From NCBI GenBank assembly GCA_043821645.1, contig JBDRCO010000042.1, forward strand, positions 26,457 through 90,456: a stretch of DNA of 64,000 bases, given 5' to 3'. The stretch is from Pseudomonadota bacterium (GTDB lineage Bacteria; Myxococcota; JACRCW01; JAFGSX01). The notes under the pieces were generated by a model. The model searched no databases. It saw nothing but the letters and a program-made list of their open reading frames with translations, and was not told where the DNA came from. The position numbers and the translations under genes are program-made. The number at the start of each line of letters is the position of its first letter. Position 1 is the stretch's first letter. Positions 37,246 through 46,998 of the stretch are shown one piece after another.

Positions 37246-38913
37246 TCAGCGACAGGCCACGGTCAGGTTCAGGGGCTCCTGTATGCACAGGGCGCAGTCG
37301 TCGCGACAGCGCTGCACCGTGAAGGGAAGACCGCAGTCCGCGGTGGGCAGCACTTCATTCTCGGTCTGGGGCCCACAGCTGCCGGAGCCGCAGTCGCAGC
37401 CGAGATGGCTGACGGTGGTCTCCTTGAGCGTGGCCCTGTCACAGTCGTAATCGAAGCTGCCATCGCCGCGGTCGGTGGTGAAGTAGAACTGCTGGCCCGG
37501 GTACGCGTCCGCGCTGTCGTCGTAGCAGTCGTCCGCGTTCTCGGCGGTGCCTGGCTCCAGGGCCGTGCCCAGGCAGGCTGCCTGCTCGACTCCAGCTCCA
37601 AAGCCATCCCTGTCGAGGTCCAGGAAGACCGTGCGGCGGATCCAGTGCCCGGCATCGTTGTCGTCGCAGTCGGCGCCGCGATCGGCCACCACTTCCATCC
37701 ACGCCGCGTCCACCTCGGCGGTCGCAGGCGTGAATCCCGAGGTGTGACGTGCCACCAGGGCCATGCCAAAGTCCGCGGCATTGACCTGCGCAGCGTCGAG
37801 GTTCATTCCCCAGGTGTCGCTGTTGCTGCCGTACACGATCTCCTCGAAGTCTGCGGGCCAGTTCGCGGCGCTGGCGTGATTGGTGCCCTGGGCCACCCCA
37901 TGGACCCAGAGCTGCACGGTGCTGTCGACGATGCTGCCGGCTCCGGTGCGCCGGCGAACCACATGGACCAGCACCCCGAGTACACGGGCATCGACGGGCA
38001 GGTTGAGATCGAAGCTGCGCGCGACCAGCCGATTGCTCATGCTAGTGACGAACGACAGGGTGCAGCTGGCGCCCGATCCATCGCGAAGCAGCACCGCAGG
38101 CAGCTGCTGCCAGTCCCGCGGGCCTGTCGCACCCTCGTTGACGACCTCGGTGGCCTGGAACGCGATGTAGGGAGGCGGGCGCGGTGTGTACAGGTGGCTC
38201 GGTGGCAGGGAGCTGCCGCTGCACACAACCTCCAGCGCACCCGAGAAACCGTCGCTGTCGCGCTCGGGATATCCCTGAAGCCACTGCCACAGCGCCGCAT
38301 CTTCGTCATTGCAGTCGTCCCCGAAGACCGAGAGCCCGGCGGGCAAAGGCTGGGCAAGGCACTCGACGGTCGCCTCGCCGCTGCCCACGCCGTCACCATC
38401 GCCGTCGACAAAGGGGCGCACATAGCCAGCAGAGCACTGGCCGATGGGCACGCAGCGGCCGTCTCCTCCGTCGTGATACGCCCCCGAACAGCTGCGATCC
38501 TGGCCTGCGGAGTCGGGGGGCACGTTCCCGTCGGGGGTTCCCAGATCGCGGATCCCGGCGTCCGTCCCGGTGGCCGAGTCCTCGACAATGCCCTCGCCAC
38601 CCGGGCGATCCAGCGCCGGGGAATCGAGGGGTGCGCGGTCGCTGGCCGGGTGCTCGACCCCAGGGCTGCGGTCCAGGTTACCGGCGTCGAGTTGTGAGGG
38701 GGACCCGGGTAGGCACGAACCATTTCGACACTGCTCGGCGGTCGCACAGTCGGAACCGGCGTTGCAGGGTCGGCGACAGACCCCGTCGACGCAGAGCAGG
38801 CTCGAGCCGCAGGCCGTCTGATCCTCACAGGGTGTTCCCGCCTGCGGACAGCCTGCGCCGAGAAGCAGCACGGTCCACACGGCCACCAGTCCTGGAAAAA
38901 GGAGCACACGCAT
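37246..38913 (-). CDS. Cys-rich lipoprotein with MopE-type DxDxDG...DCdD repeats
   Basis: Lipobox 'GAGC' and an N-terminal Cys-rich module. Repeats 'DGDGDGVG..DDCNDED', 'DLDRDGFG..DDCYDDS' and 'FDYDCD'. Confidence 0.8.
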   Translation of the reverse strand: MRVLLFPGLVAVWTVLLLGAGCPQAGTPCEDQTACGSSLLCVDGVCRRPCNAGSDCATAEQCRNGSCLPGSPSQLDAGNLDRSPGVEHPASDRAPLDSPALDRPGGEGIVEDSATGTDAGIRDLGTPDGNVPPDSAGQDRSCSGAYHDGGDGRCVPIGQCSAGYVRPFVDGDGDGVGSGEATVECLAQPLPAGLSVFGDDCNDEDAALWQWLQGYPERDSDGFSGALEVVCSGSSLPPSHLYTPRPPPYIAFQATEVVNEGATGPRDWQQLPAVLLRDGSGASCTLSFVTSMSNRLVARSFDLNLPVDARVLGVLVHVVRRRTGAGSIVDSTVQLWVHGVAQGTNHASAANWPADFEEIVYGSNSDTWGMNLDAAQVNAADFGMALVARHTSGFTPATAEVDAAWMEVVADRGADCDDNDAGHWIRRTVFLDLDRDGFGAGVEQAACLGTALEPGTAENADDCYDDSADAYPGQQFYFTTDRGDGSFDYDCDRATLKETTVSHLGCDCGSGSCGPQTENEVLPTADCGLPFTVQRCRDDCALCIQEPLNLTVACR

Positions 38914-39002
38914 CGGGATCCGTCACCTCGTGGAACCACCTGGTCCCGCAAGTGTAGCGGCTTGGTCGAGGTGAGGCGATGCGCGCGGCGGCGGTCGCGA
39001 CC

Positions 39003-42000
39003 TCAGGGCTTGGTCGGCGCCTGGATGATGAGGCTGCTGGCCACGCTGCGGCCACGCACCCGCGGCGCGTACATGTCCTGGATCTCGGCCGGTGGCGCGG
39101 CGAAGTGGCCCGGGAACTGCGCGCGCATCACGTAGCCCACGATGCGCGGGCTCTTGCTCCACCAGGCGGCCTCTTCGAAGAAGAACGTGGCGCGGGAGGG
39201 GCTGAGCGACCGCTGGCGCAGAGCCTCGTGACGCAGCACGGCGTCGTAGGGGGCGGCCTCGAAGCGTTTGTCCTCGATGAGCGGTACGAAGCCCGCCGGG
39301 ACCGCGTCGGTGACGACGTAGTAGGCCGAGCGCAGGCCGCGCCACTCCTGGCCCTCGTGGGCGTCGAGCTGAAGTTGCACGTAAACTTCGGAGCCCTGGG
39401 GAATGGGCTCGCCCGCGCTCAGGGGTCGCAGACCCTGCTCGGTGATCACGAAGTAGCTGCGCTGCACCTGCATTCCGTTGGCTGTGGCCTTGACCTTGTC
39501 GACGGGGACCTGCACCCGCGCGCGCAGCGTCGCCACCGCGGCCAGCTCGGGCAGGGTGACCCGTCGCGTGCTGTTGTTCAGGGTGGCGGCCAGGCCCGCT
39601 CCCCTCGGCCTGAAGGCGACCTTGGGTGTGCCCGCGGCCTGCACCGTGGGCGGGGTCATGGCGCGCATGGCCTTGGCGTCGCGTTCGAGCAACCACAGGC
39701 TGTGCAGCAGGAACATCGAGCGCTCGAAGGTGGACAGCTCGCCGGCCTCGGCCACCAGCTGCAGCAGACCCTGTCGTGTGGCCTGCTCGTCGATGGCACC
39801 CAGCGAGGCCGCGTGCGCGAGCAGCGCGACCAGACCGACGCGCCGGAGGGGGTACTGCCAGAACGCGTCCGGTGACGCCGGTTGCCAGCTCGCGAAGCGC
39901 GCCAGTCCCTTCTGGGTCGCGCGGGCCAGCTCGGCCACGCGCAAGGTCACCGCCTCCTCCTTGATGATTCCGGCCTGTTCTGCGGCCAGGGCGGCCATGG
40001 CCGTGGCGTACAGGTCCTCGGGCGGGGTCTTCTGAAGCAGCGCGCGCACCAGTGGCGCGGCCTTGGCGCCCTGGTACTGGGCCATCACGTACACCCGCGT
40101 GGCGTCGAGCTCGACGGGCATGTCGCCCTGCTCCTCGAGCCAGCGCAGCCCGGCCTGGATGCGCGCGTCCCGCACGTCGACCAGGCCCGCCGGCACCGCC
40201 TGGGCGAGTCCATTGAGCGCGATCAGGGTCAGCGGCAGCGACGGCGTGCTGTAGCCATGGAACCAGGTGAAACCACCCTCCTTGGTGGCCAGGTCGAGGA
40301 TGCGATCGATGCCCTGTACCGATCGCGAGCGCGCCTCGATGAGCAGGGCCCGGCTCTCGGCGTCGAGGCCGTCGAGGGCCTTCATCTTGTCGAGGGTGCG
40401 GTACACGGCGACGTTGGGCACCGTGGTGGCCACCAGTTGTTCCAGGCAGCCATAGGGGTACTGCAGCAGCTCATGCACGCTGGCCAGGGCCAGCTCCACC
40501 GTCGACGGCGCCAGGCGCAGCTCCAGCGAGGCGACCTGCGCACCGTCGGGGAGATCCAGCGCCAGCTCGCCACCGCCGTAGCGGCTCACGGTGATGGTGT
40601 CTTCGACCATGGCTGGCAGGACCTCGACGACGCGGCGGTCCGCCACCTGGTTCGCGCTGCCCTTGGCGGCGATGGAGATCGTGGCCTGTCCGGCCTGGTC
40701 CGCGATCAGCTCGAAGGGCACCACGGTCTCGCCCGACGCGGGCAGCGCGACCTGCTGTGCCACCTCGGCGCGCGTGAGCACACCGCCGAGCTCGACCTTC
40801 AGATCCACGGTCTGGTCCTTCCCCTTCTGGCCGCGTGCCACGCGCACGCTGCCCTGGGCCTGGTCGCCCGCGCGCAGGAACTGCGGGAGCGCTGCCACCA
40901 GGTTGAGCGCGCCGCGGGTCGCGAACTCGGCGGTGTTCTCGCCAAAGCGGCCCGTGGCGTCGGCAGCGACCGCCGTGATCACCCACAAGGTCTGGTTTCC
41001 AGGCAGCGTGAAGCGAACACTGGCGTGACCGTCGTCGTCGGTGCGCACGTCGGCGTTCCAGTAGGCCGTGTCCTTGTTCTCGTCCTCGGCCTTCTTGGTG
41101 GGCGGCTTGACCGCCGCGAAGCGTTGACCACCCAGGTGCAGCGCCGCCCGCGCCAGCACCTCACCATAGCCATAGCCCTGAAACTCGTTGCTGAAGAAGC
41201 TCGACACGTTGTTCCGCGTGAGCGGGTAAAAGAACTCGAGCACGCCGGGTCTGAACTCGGGCTGCAGGGCGTAGATGGCCTTGTCCACCACGCCCACCGA
41301 CAGCTGTGCCGCCACACCCTGGCCGCGATGATCACGCACCTGCAGGTCCAGGGTCTGGTTCGCACCCGGGCTGGTCTCGAGCAGCCGCGGCTGGATCTCG
41401 ACCTGAAGCGTGCGCTCGGCGGGAACGATGCGGAACGAGGTCACGCGCTCCTCCCAGCGTCCGGCCGGGGTGGGGTAGGCCACAGAGGCGTAGATGGCAC
41501 TGCCAAAGCGTTTCTCGACCTCGAAGCGGTGCACGACGGTGTAACCCTTCACCTGCACCCGCCGCGTGTCGTAGATCGTGCTGCCCTCGAGGGTGACCCA
41601 CAGCGAGCCGCGCTCGCTTCCGCCCTCGCCCCAGCCCTCGGGCAACAGCACCACCAGCTCGGCGGTATCGCCCGGCGACAGCACACCGCCCAGGGTCTCG
41701 ACCATCAAGGTCGGGACCTTCTGCACCATGTCGCCACCCTGGCCGGCCACCAGCATCGAACTCTCGCCCTGCCAGGGGCGGCCCTGCTTGTCGCGCAGGG
41801 TCACCTGCATGCTCACCGCGCCCACGCCCCGGGTGGGGATGGTGCCTCGCCACACGCCCGCCTCGTCGGTGACGAAGCTCTGGCGGTCCAGCTCCTTCTC
41901 GACACCGTCGGCGCGCCGGAGCAGGAACAGCACCTCGCCGGGTGCACCCGCCAGCGCTTTCCCGGACAGGGTGGTGGACCGCACCGAGAGCTTGGCCTCG

Positions 42001-43718
42001 GCGCCCTCGAGCACCAGCTTGGCGCTGGGTCGGAGCGAGCCCATGACCTCGCTCGAGGCAAAGAAGAAGGCGCGCGAGGCATTGGCAAAGGTCTCCTGGT
42101 CGTCCCGGGCGCGCACGGTCAGGTTGTACTTGAAGGGAAGTCTGTCCTCACCTGCCTCGAGAGCGGGCACCTCGATCTCGATGTGGGCCTCGCCCTGGGC
42201 GTCGAACACGGGCGCCGAGGCCCAGGGATCGTCGGTCACGCCGCGCTCGGCCACCGACGAGTACAGGCGCTTGGGAACGCTGAGGCCACCCTCGGTGGTG
42301 CTCTGGCTGCCGTAGGTCACGGCGCTGCCCTTGCCAGCCAGGCCGGAATCGTCGACCCACGACGGCGTGGTCAGCACGGTGCGATACAGGAACACCTCGT
42401 AGTGGGTGTTGGCCGGTACGCCGCCGGCATAGCGCTTGGCCTTGACCGTGGCGACGAGCTTGGCACCGGGTTGCACGGTCTCCTGCTCGCTCTCGAGTTC
42501 GAGGTAGAAGGTCGGCTTGACGTACTCCTGCACCCGCGCCTCGGCCTGGTGCTCGTTCTTGTCGACGCGCGCGATCAGTCGCAGCACGCCGGTGTCGAGA
42601 CCGGACGGGATGGCGAGCGCACCGTGGAACGAACCGAAGTCGTCGACCTCGGCCTTGATGGTCTTGGCCACGCGGTCGGCGGCGATGAGATCGATCGCGA
42701 CCTTCTTGGAGCGTGGTGTGAACAGGCGCGCCAGAAAGCCGTCGGGCTGGCGCAGCAGTCCCCGGAACTGGGCAGTGTCGCCGGGCTTGTAGAGGGGCCG
42801 GTCGCTGTACAGGAACACGTCGGGGGAAACGGCCAGGGCGGAGTAGAAGTCCGTGTCGGTCAGGGCCACGTCGTCGCCCTGGCGCGTCAGGACGACCAGC
42901 CGGGGCTCGCTGGCGTCGACAAAGGCTTCACCGTCGGCATTGGTGGTGGCGCTGAGGGCCTCTCCTCCCGCCACGAAAACCTGTACGGCCACGCTGGCGC
43001 GCGGCCGCTTGTCGCGTCCAGCCACCCGCACCAGGACCCGACCATCGGTCTGCTTGACCTGCACGGTCTGCTCGCTGACGACGAGGATGACCTGGCCCTC
43101 GATGCGCTCCTGCACCAGCTGCAGCACGTACACACCCGCGGGTAGGGGGTCCATCACCACCCGCCGTTGCTCGAAGCCGCTGTCCACGAAGTCCGGGGTG
43201 AAGCCGGGCACGTTGAACGCGCGCGGAGGACCGCCGAGGTCCAGGTTGAGCCAGTGGCGACGGACCAGGGTCATGCCGTCGGGGATGCTGATCAGCTTGG
43301 CTGGACCCTCGGCCATGCGCAGCGGTCCCTTGGAGTCCGCCGCGAGCCTGGCCGGGAGACCCGGAGCCACGGCCTCGCGGAACTCGGGGTCGAGCGCCAG
43401 CAGCAGGTATTCCGCCGGCGAGCGCAGCACGTTCAGGCCGCGGGACAGGTAGCGGCCCGGGTTGAGGGTGGTCACCGGTGCGTCGTACACGCGACGCAGG
43501 TTGCTCTGGGCACGCACCCACGGGTCGAGATCCTGCGGCTTGAGCACCCGCAGCTCGACCGGGGCGCGGCCGGCAAAGGCCACCTCCGCCACCGGGTTCT
43601 CGTCGGTGCCGTAGCTGCGCGGCACCGTGATGTACAGGGGCTTGGCCAGGGCCGTGGTCGCGGTCAGAAGCGCGCCCAGCGCCAGGCCAGAGATGGCGAT
43701 TCGCTGCGGGGTCATCAT
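39003..43718 (-). CDS. yfaS: Bacterial alpha-2-macroglobulin (YfaS/MagD-type operon context)
   Basis: 'YSDRPLYKPGD' MG2 motif, 'VQEYVKP', 'VVDKAIYAL', 'DTAYW', thioester 'YPYGCLEQ', 'DAVPAGF', 'DMYAP'. ATGA overlap at 43715-43718. Confidence 0.92.
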   Translation of the reverse strand: MMTPQRIAISGLALGALLTATTALAKPLYITVPRSYGTDENPVAEVAFAGRAPVELRVLKPQDLDPWVRAQSNLRRVYDAPVTTLNPGRYLSRGLNVLRSPAEYLLLALDPEFREAVAPGLPARLAADSKGPLRMAEGPAKLISIPDGMTLVRRHWLNLDLGGPPRAFNVPGFTPDFVDSGFEQRRVVMDPLPAGVYVLQLVQERIEGQVILVVSEQTVQVKQTDGRVLVRVAGRDKRPRASVAVQVFVAGGEALSATTNADGEAFVDASEPRLVVLTRQGDDVALTDTDFYSALAVSPDVFLYSDRPLYKPGDTAQFRGLLRQPDGFLARLFTPRSKKVAIDLIAADRVAKTIKAEVDDFGSFHGALAIPSGLDTGVLRLIARVDKNEHQAEARVQEYVKPTFYLELESEQETVQPGAKLVATVKAKRYAGGVPANTHYEVFLYRTVLTTPSWVDDSGLAGKGSAVTYGSQSTTEGGLSVPKRLYSSVAERGVTDDPWASAPVFDAQGEAHIEIEVPALEAGEDRLPFKYNLTVRARDDQETFANASRAFFFASSEVMGSLRPSAKLVLEGAEAKLSVRSTTLSGKALAGAPGEVLFLLRRADGVEKELDRQSFVTDEAGVWRGTIPTRGVGAVSMQVTLRDKQGRPWQGESSMLVAGQGGDMVQKVPTLMVETLGGVLSPGDTAELVVLLPEGWGEGGSERGSLWVTLEGSTIYDTRRVQVKGYTVVHRFEVEKRFGSAIYASVAYPTPAGRWEERVTSFRIVPAERTLQVEIQPRLLETSPGANQTLDLQVRDHRGQGVAAQLSVGVVDKAIYALQPEFRPGVLEFFYPLTRNNVSSFFSNEFQGYGYGEVLARAALHLGGQRFAAVKPPTKKAEDENKDTAYWNADVRTDDDGHASVRFTLPGNQTLWVITAVAADATGRFGENTAEFATRGALNLVAALPQFLRAGDQAQGSVRVARGQKGKDQTVDLKVELGGVLTRAEVAQQVALPASGETVVPFELIADQAGQATISIAAKGSANQVADRRVVEVLPAMVEDTITVSRYGGGELALDLPDGAQVASLELRLAPSTVELALASVHELLQYPYGCLEQLVATTVPNVAVYRTLDKMKALDGLDAESRALLIEARSRSVQGIDRILDLATKEGGFTWFHGYSTPSLPLTLIALNGLAQAVPAGLVDVRDARIQAGLRWLEEQGDMPVELDATRVYVMAQYQGAKAAPLVRALLQKTPPEDLYATAMAALAAEQAGIIKEEAVTLRVAELARATQKGLARFASWQPASPDAFWQYPLRRVGLVALLAHAASLGAIDEQATRQGLLQLVAEAGELSTFERSMFLLHSLWLLERDAKAMRAMTPPTVQAAGTPKVAFRPRGAGLAATLNNSTRRVTLPELAAVATLRARVQVPVDKVKATANGMQVQRSYFVITEQGLRPLSAGEPIPQGSEVYVQLQLDAHEGQEWRGLRSAYYVVTDAVPAGFVPLIEDKRFEAAPYDAVLRHEALRQRSLSPSRATFFFEEAAWWSKSPRIVGYVMRAQFPGHFAAPPAEIQDMYAPRVRGRSVASSLIIQAPTKP

Positions 43719-45313
43719 GAGCGGAACCCTCCCGGCTGCAGGGACGTACCCTGGAGCACGCCGGTGAATCCGAGGATGGGCAGGGTCAGCAGGAGCCTGG
43801 ACGCGTCGTCGAGCTCCCGGGGGAGCACGGCGGAAGAACGGCCCTCGGCGATGGCCTCCTGGCGGTAGGCGTCCTCGGTCAGCCCCCACAGCACGCGCCC
43901 GACGTTGACGGTCACGCCAATGGATTGCGCGGCCTTGAGCCCGCTGACCACCGAGGGCGCAGCGCTGAGCACACTTGGCGACTGGCCGTGGCAGGTGCGG
44001 CTCAAGCGTTCGCGCAGGTCCGCGGTCGACGACAGCACCAGGGCGTCACACATCTCCACTGGACTCAGCGCGTTGCCGCCGCTGAATAGCGCGTCCAGGG
44101 CCTCGGCGTCCGCCACCCGGCTCCACACGATGGCCACCTCGTTGGGTTTGGCGCGGGTGCCGTGGGGTGTCCACATCAGCGCGATCTGCCGCTTCTCGCG
44201 GGGCCCGGGATCCGCGCCCTCGAAGAAGGCCTTGAGGCTCTCCGTGTCGAGCGCCAGGGGCAGGTCGAGCTGCAGGGTGGTGAGCACCTCGACGTCGGCG
44301 GGCACCAGCTTGAGCAGCTTGTCGTCGAGGGACGCTGCCAGCAGGTGCTGGGCGCGCACCTTGTCGGCGCGCAGGCCCCGCGGCACCAGGCGTTCTCCGT
44401 CGACGGCCAGGGCCAGCCGCACCGGGCTTTCGAGTCCAAGCAGGCGGTTCAGGGCCTGGGCGCCGCGACCAAAGGTGTCGGCGCGCAGCTCCACCTCGAG
44501 GTCCACCCCGTCGCGTGTCCCGAACTCCGGCAGGTTCGCACAGACGCCCTGCACCACCGCCATGGGTTGTGCCGCGAGCACCAGGCGATCGTCGCTGAGC
44601 GACGCGTAAAGCGCGCGATCCGCGGCCAGCCAGCGCACCACCTCCGTGGGAGCCGAACGGGGTTCGCGCTCGTCGCCCGCCGGACAGCTCTCGATGTGGT
44701 AGCTACCGCGCTTCACCAGCCCGTCGAGCAGCGCGTAGGCGTCGCGGGCGACCTGGCTCGGAGCCTGTAGCACCAGCGCCGGGGTGCGCGCCGAGCCCTC
44801 GCCGCCGAAGAACACCACGCGGAAGGCACCTCCCAGAAGCTTCTCGCCCACCAGGTCGAACACCGTGCCCGAGAAGCGATCGCCAAGATCTTCGCCACGG
44901 GTGCCGAAAAAACCCTGCCAGCTCCCCACGAAGCCTGCGTACAGCGGCGACGCGGCGAGCTCCTTCATCCAGGGATTCTTGAGCAGGGCCTGGCGCAGCT
45001 TGGAGGGCGCATACACGTCGACCAGGATCGCCGGCACCACCGCATCGGTGCCTGGCGTCAGGGCGATGGGCGTGTCGTCGATGGGAGGCAAGCCGGTCTG
45101 CATGGCCGATCCACCGGCGCCCTCGACCGCGGGCTGGGTCGAGGCCGCGCTGGTGCCGCCCGAATCACCGCTTCTGGGTGTGCCTGCCACGAAGTACAGC
45201 GCCACCGCCGCTGTCGCGACCACGACGGCACCTCCCAGCAAGAAGCCGAGATCGCGGCCGCTCAAACCCTTCGCGGGGGGGGGGCGGGTCAGGTTGCGGG
45301 CTGGCGTTGTCAC
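43715..45313 (-). CDS. Membrane-anchored accessory protein of the alpha-2-macroglobulin operon (positional YfaA/MagC-like)
   Basis: N-terminal TM helix; translationally coupled between yfaT and the A2M gene. Family call rests mainly on position. Confidence 0.6.
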   Translation of the reverse strand: MTTPARNLTRPPPAKGLSGRDLGFLLGGAVVVATAAVALYFVAGTPRSGDSGGTSAASTQPAVEGAGGSAMQTGLPPIDDTPIALTPGTDAVVPAILVDVYAPSKLRQALLKNPWMKELAASPLYAGFVGSWQGFFGTRGEDLGDRFSGTVFDLVGEKLLGGAFRVVFFGGEGSARTPALVLQAPSQVARDAYALLDGLVKRGSYHIESCPAGDEREPRSAPTEVVRWLAADRALYASLSDDRLVLAAQPMAVVQGVCANLPEFGTRDGVDLEVELRADTFGRGAQALNRLLGLESPVRLALAVDGERLVPRGLRADKVRAQHLLAASLDDKLLKLVPADVEVLTTLQLDLPLALDTESLKAFFEGADPGPREKRQIALMWTPHGTRAKPNEVAIVWSRVADAEALDALFSGGNALSPVEMCDALVLSSTADLRERLSRTCHGQSPSVLSAAPSVVSGLKAAQSIGVTVNVGRVLWGLTEDAYRQEAIAEGRSSAVLPRELDDASRLLLTLPILGFTGVLQGTSLQPGGFRS

Positions 45314-45904
45314 TCATGGCATCCACTCCCTCAGTCGGAAGATCCCCAGAAAAGCCGTGTTGTCGACGTCAGGTCGCCACTCGTGTGGTGCCTGCTCGCG
45401 CAGCTCGCGCAGGCCCCCGGCCTGCACGCCGCGGGCATCGCCAGTGTGGTAAACCAGCAGCACGGGACCCGCGCGCACTCCCGCGCCTCGCACCACCAGC
45501 ATCAGATGAAACACCGGTTCCTCGTCCTGGCCGTGCTGCTGCTGGAACGCCAGCAGGTCACCGCTCTCGGCCTGCTCGAGGGCGCGGGCATCTCGTCCCA
45601 GAAGTCTGAAGTCGTGCTGGAGCAGGTTGCCAGCGTCGGCAAAGGCCAGCGGCCGGCCCGCCGCGTCGTGCCATGGACCCGCGGCCATGCGCCCGGGATC
45701 GAGACGACGAAAGGCGTGCTGGTAGGCGAAGCGCACCAGGCCGGCACAATCGCGCTGCGCGGGCTGCCAGGCCGGATCCGGCTGCTCGAGCTGGCGCAGT
45801 GCGGTGTCGGCGATCATGGCGCGCTGCAGGTCCGGCGAGGCGGAGCCTTTCTCGGGTGGCGGTGTGGCTGCCAGCAGCAGCCCCATGGTGAACACGCTCA
45901 GCAT
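45314..45904 (-). CDS. yfaT: DUF1175 (YfaT) family protein, NlpC/P60-like
   Basis: 'QRDCAGLVRFA', 'GDLLAF', 'FHLM', 'YHTG', 'WRP...N..FLGIFR'. Confidence 0.85.
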   Translation of the reverse strand: MLSVFTMGLLLAATPPPEKGSASPDLQRAMIADTALRQLEQPDPAWQPAQRDCAGLVRFAYQHAFRRLDPGRMAAGPWHDAAGRPLAFADAGNLLQHDFRLLGRDARALEQAESGDLLAFQQQHGQDEEPVFHLMLVVRGAGVRAGPVLLVYHTGDARGVQAGGLRELREQAPHEWRPDVDNTAFLGIFRLREWMP

Positions 45905-45913
45905 GCGCGCTCG

Positions 45914-46792
45914 CTAGTTGATCGAGCGGACGATCTCCTCGCCCGCTTGCTCGAGGTTGGCTGGCCAGCTGCCGACCGCGGGCGGGGGGTCCAAACCCGG
46001 CGCGTAAATCTGCGCCTGTCCCGCGTCGACGATGTTGATCCAGGCCAGGATCTTGGTGGTACCGCGGGTGGCCAGAGGCACCTTGACCAGGCGCCGCTGC
46101 TCCTGCGGCGTGCCTTCGAACAGGGTCAGGTTGAGCGTGGCCAGGGTGTGCGCCTTGTCGCCCGAGGGCCAGTAGTTGGTGGCGATGAGGTACACGCCGC
46201 GGGGCGGTGCGCGGTGCAGGTAGAGGTAGGGGCCGTAGCCGGGCTGGTCGAAGTCGCCGCCCTGGCTGTTGAGGAAGAAGGTGCCGCCCGACGGGCTCTC
46301 GGTGTTGGCCCAGTACACGTGCGCCATGCCGCCGGTGTTCATGGTGCCGTCCGGGTTGCTCCAGCTGTCCGTGGGTTCGTAGATGTGCAGGTCGGTGTAC
46401 ACGCCGTCGGTGTCGCTGGTCAGCACCGCGCGCAGCGGCACCGGCGCGACCTTGGCGAAGGTGGTGACCTGTTCGATGGTGGTGCCACCCATGTTGGTGG
46501 CGCTGACCGTGATGATGTTCTTGCCCGCCACCGCCGGGAACTCACGCGAGAAGCGACCCGAGAAGGTGCGGATCAGGTAGCGGTCGCCGTTGATGCTGAC
46601 CACGACGGGATCGACCGTGCGGTCCGACACCGTGCCCGCGACCTCCATCATGTGGCCCACGCTCCAGCCGCCGCACGGCGCTGTGATGGTGACGTTGGGC
46701 TTCTGCTTGCCGGTGCCTATGGGAACCCCGCCACCGCGATCCTCGGCGGCGACGCTCAGCGCAGCCAGGCACAGGACGAGAGCAGTGCGCAT
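45914..46792 (-). CDS. yfaP: YfaP/DUF2135 family secreted protein
   Basis: Signal peptide, Ig-like segment 'GKNIITV', 'TDLHIYEP', 'GYGP', 'GVYLIATNYW'. First gene of the A2M operon. Confidence 0.75.
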   Translation of the reverse strand: MRTALVLCLAALSVAAEDRGGGVPIGTGKQKPNVTITAPCGGWSVGHMMEVAGTVSDRTVDPVVVSINGDRYLIRTFSGRFSREFPAVAGKNIITVSATNMGGTTIEQVTTFAKVAPVPLRAVLTSDTDGVYTDLHIYEPTDSWSNPDGTMNTGGMAHVYWANTESPSGGTFFLNSQGGDFDQPGYGPYLYLHRAPPRGVYLIATNYWPSGDKAHTLATLNLTLFEGTPQEQRRLVKVPLATRGTTKILAWINIVDAGQAQIYAPGLDPPPAVGSWPANLEQAGEEIVRSIN

Positions 46793-46998
46793 GGGGACCT
46801 CCCTCGCCGTCGCACGCAGCACGAGCCCGAAAGGGCGCGCCTCGCGCAGGGGCGTTGGCTTCGTGGATCGCGCGAATCTTGGCACCGATGCGGGTGGGGG
46901 GCAATCGCCGGCGGGATCTCGGGTGCACAGCTGCGCCAGCGACGGGCGGCGATGTGGAATAGGACACGGAGTGGATCGTGACGGAACGCCGGGCGCGC

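Noticed and set aside
39882-43145. 1087-aa plus-strand ORF and similar long ORFs (377..2182, 5566..7761, 17244..20189, 24549..26702, 46978..49299)
   Set aside because: They lie antisense to well-supported genes, have no motifs, and are the expected stop-poor shadows of high-GC3 coding DNA.
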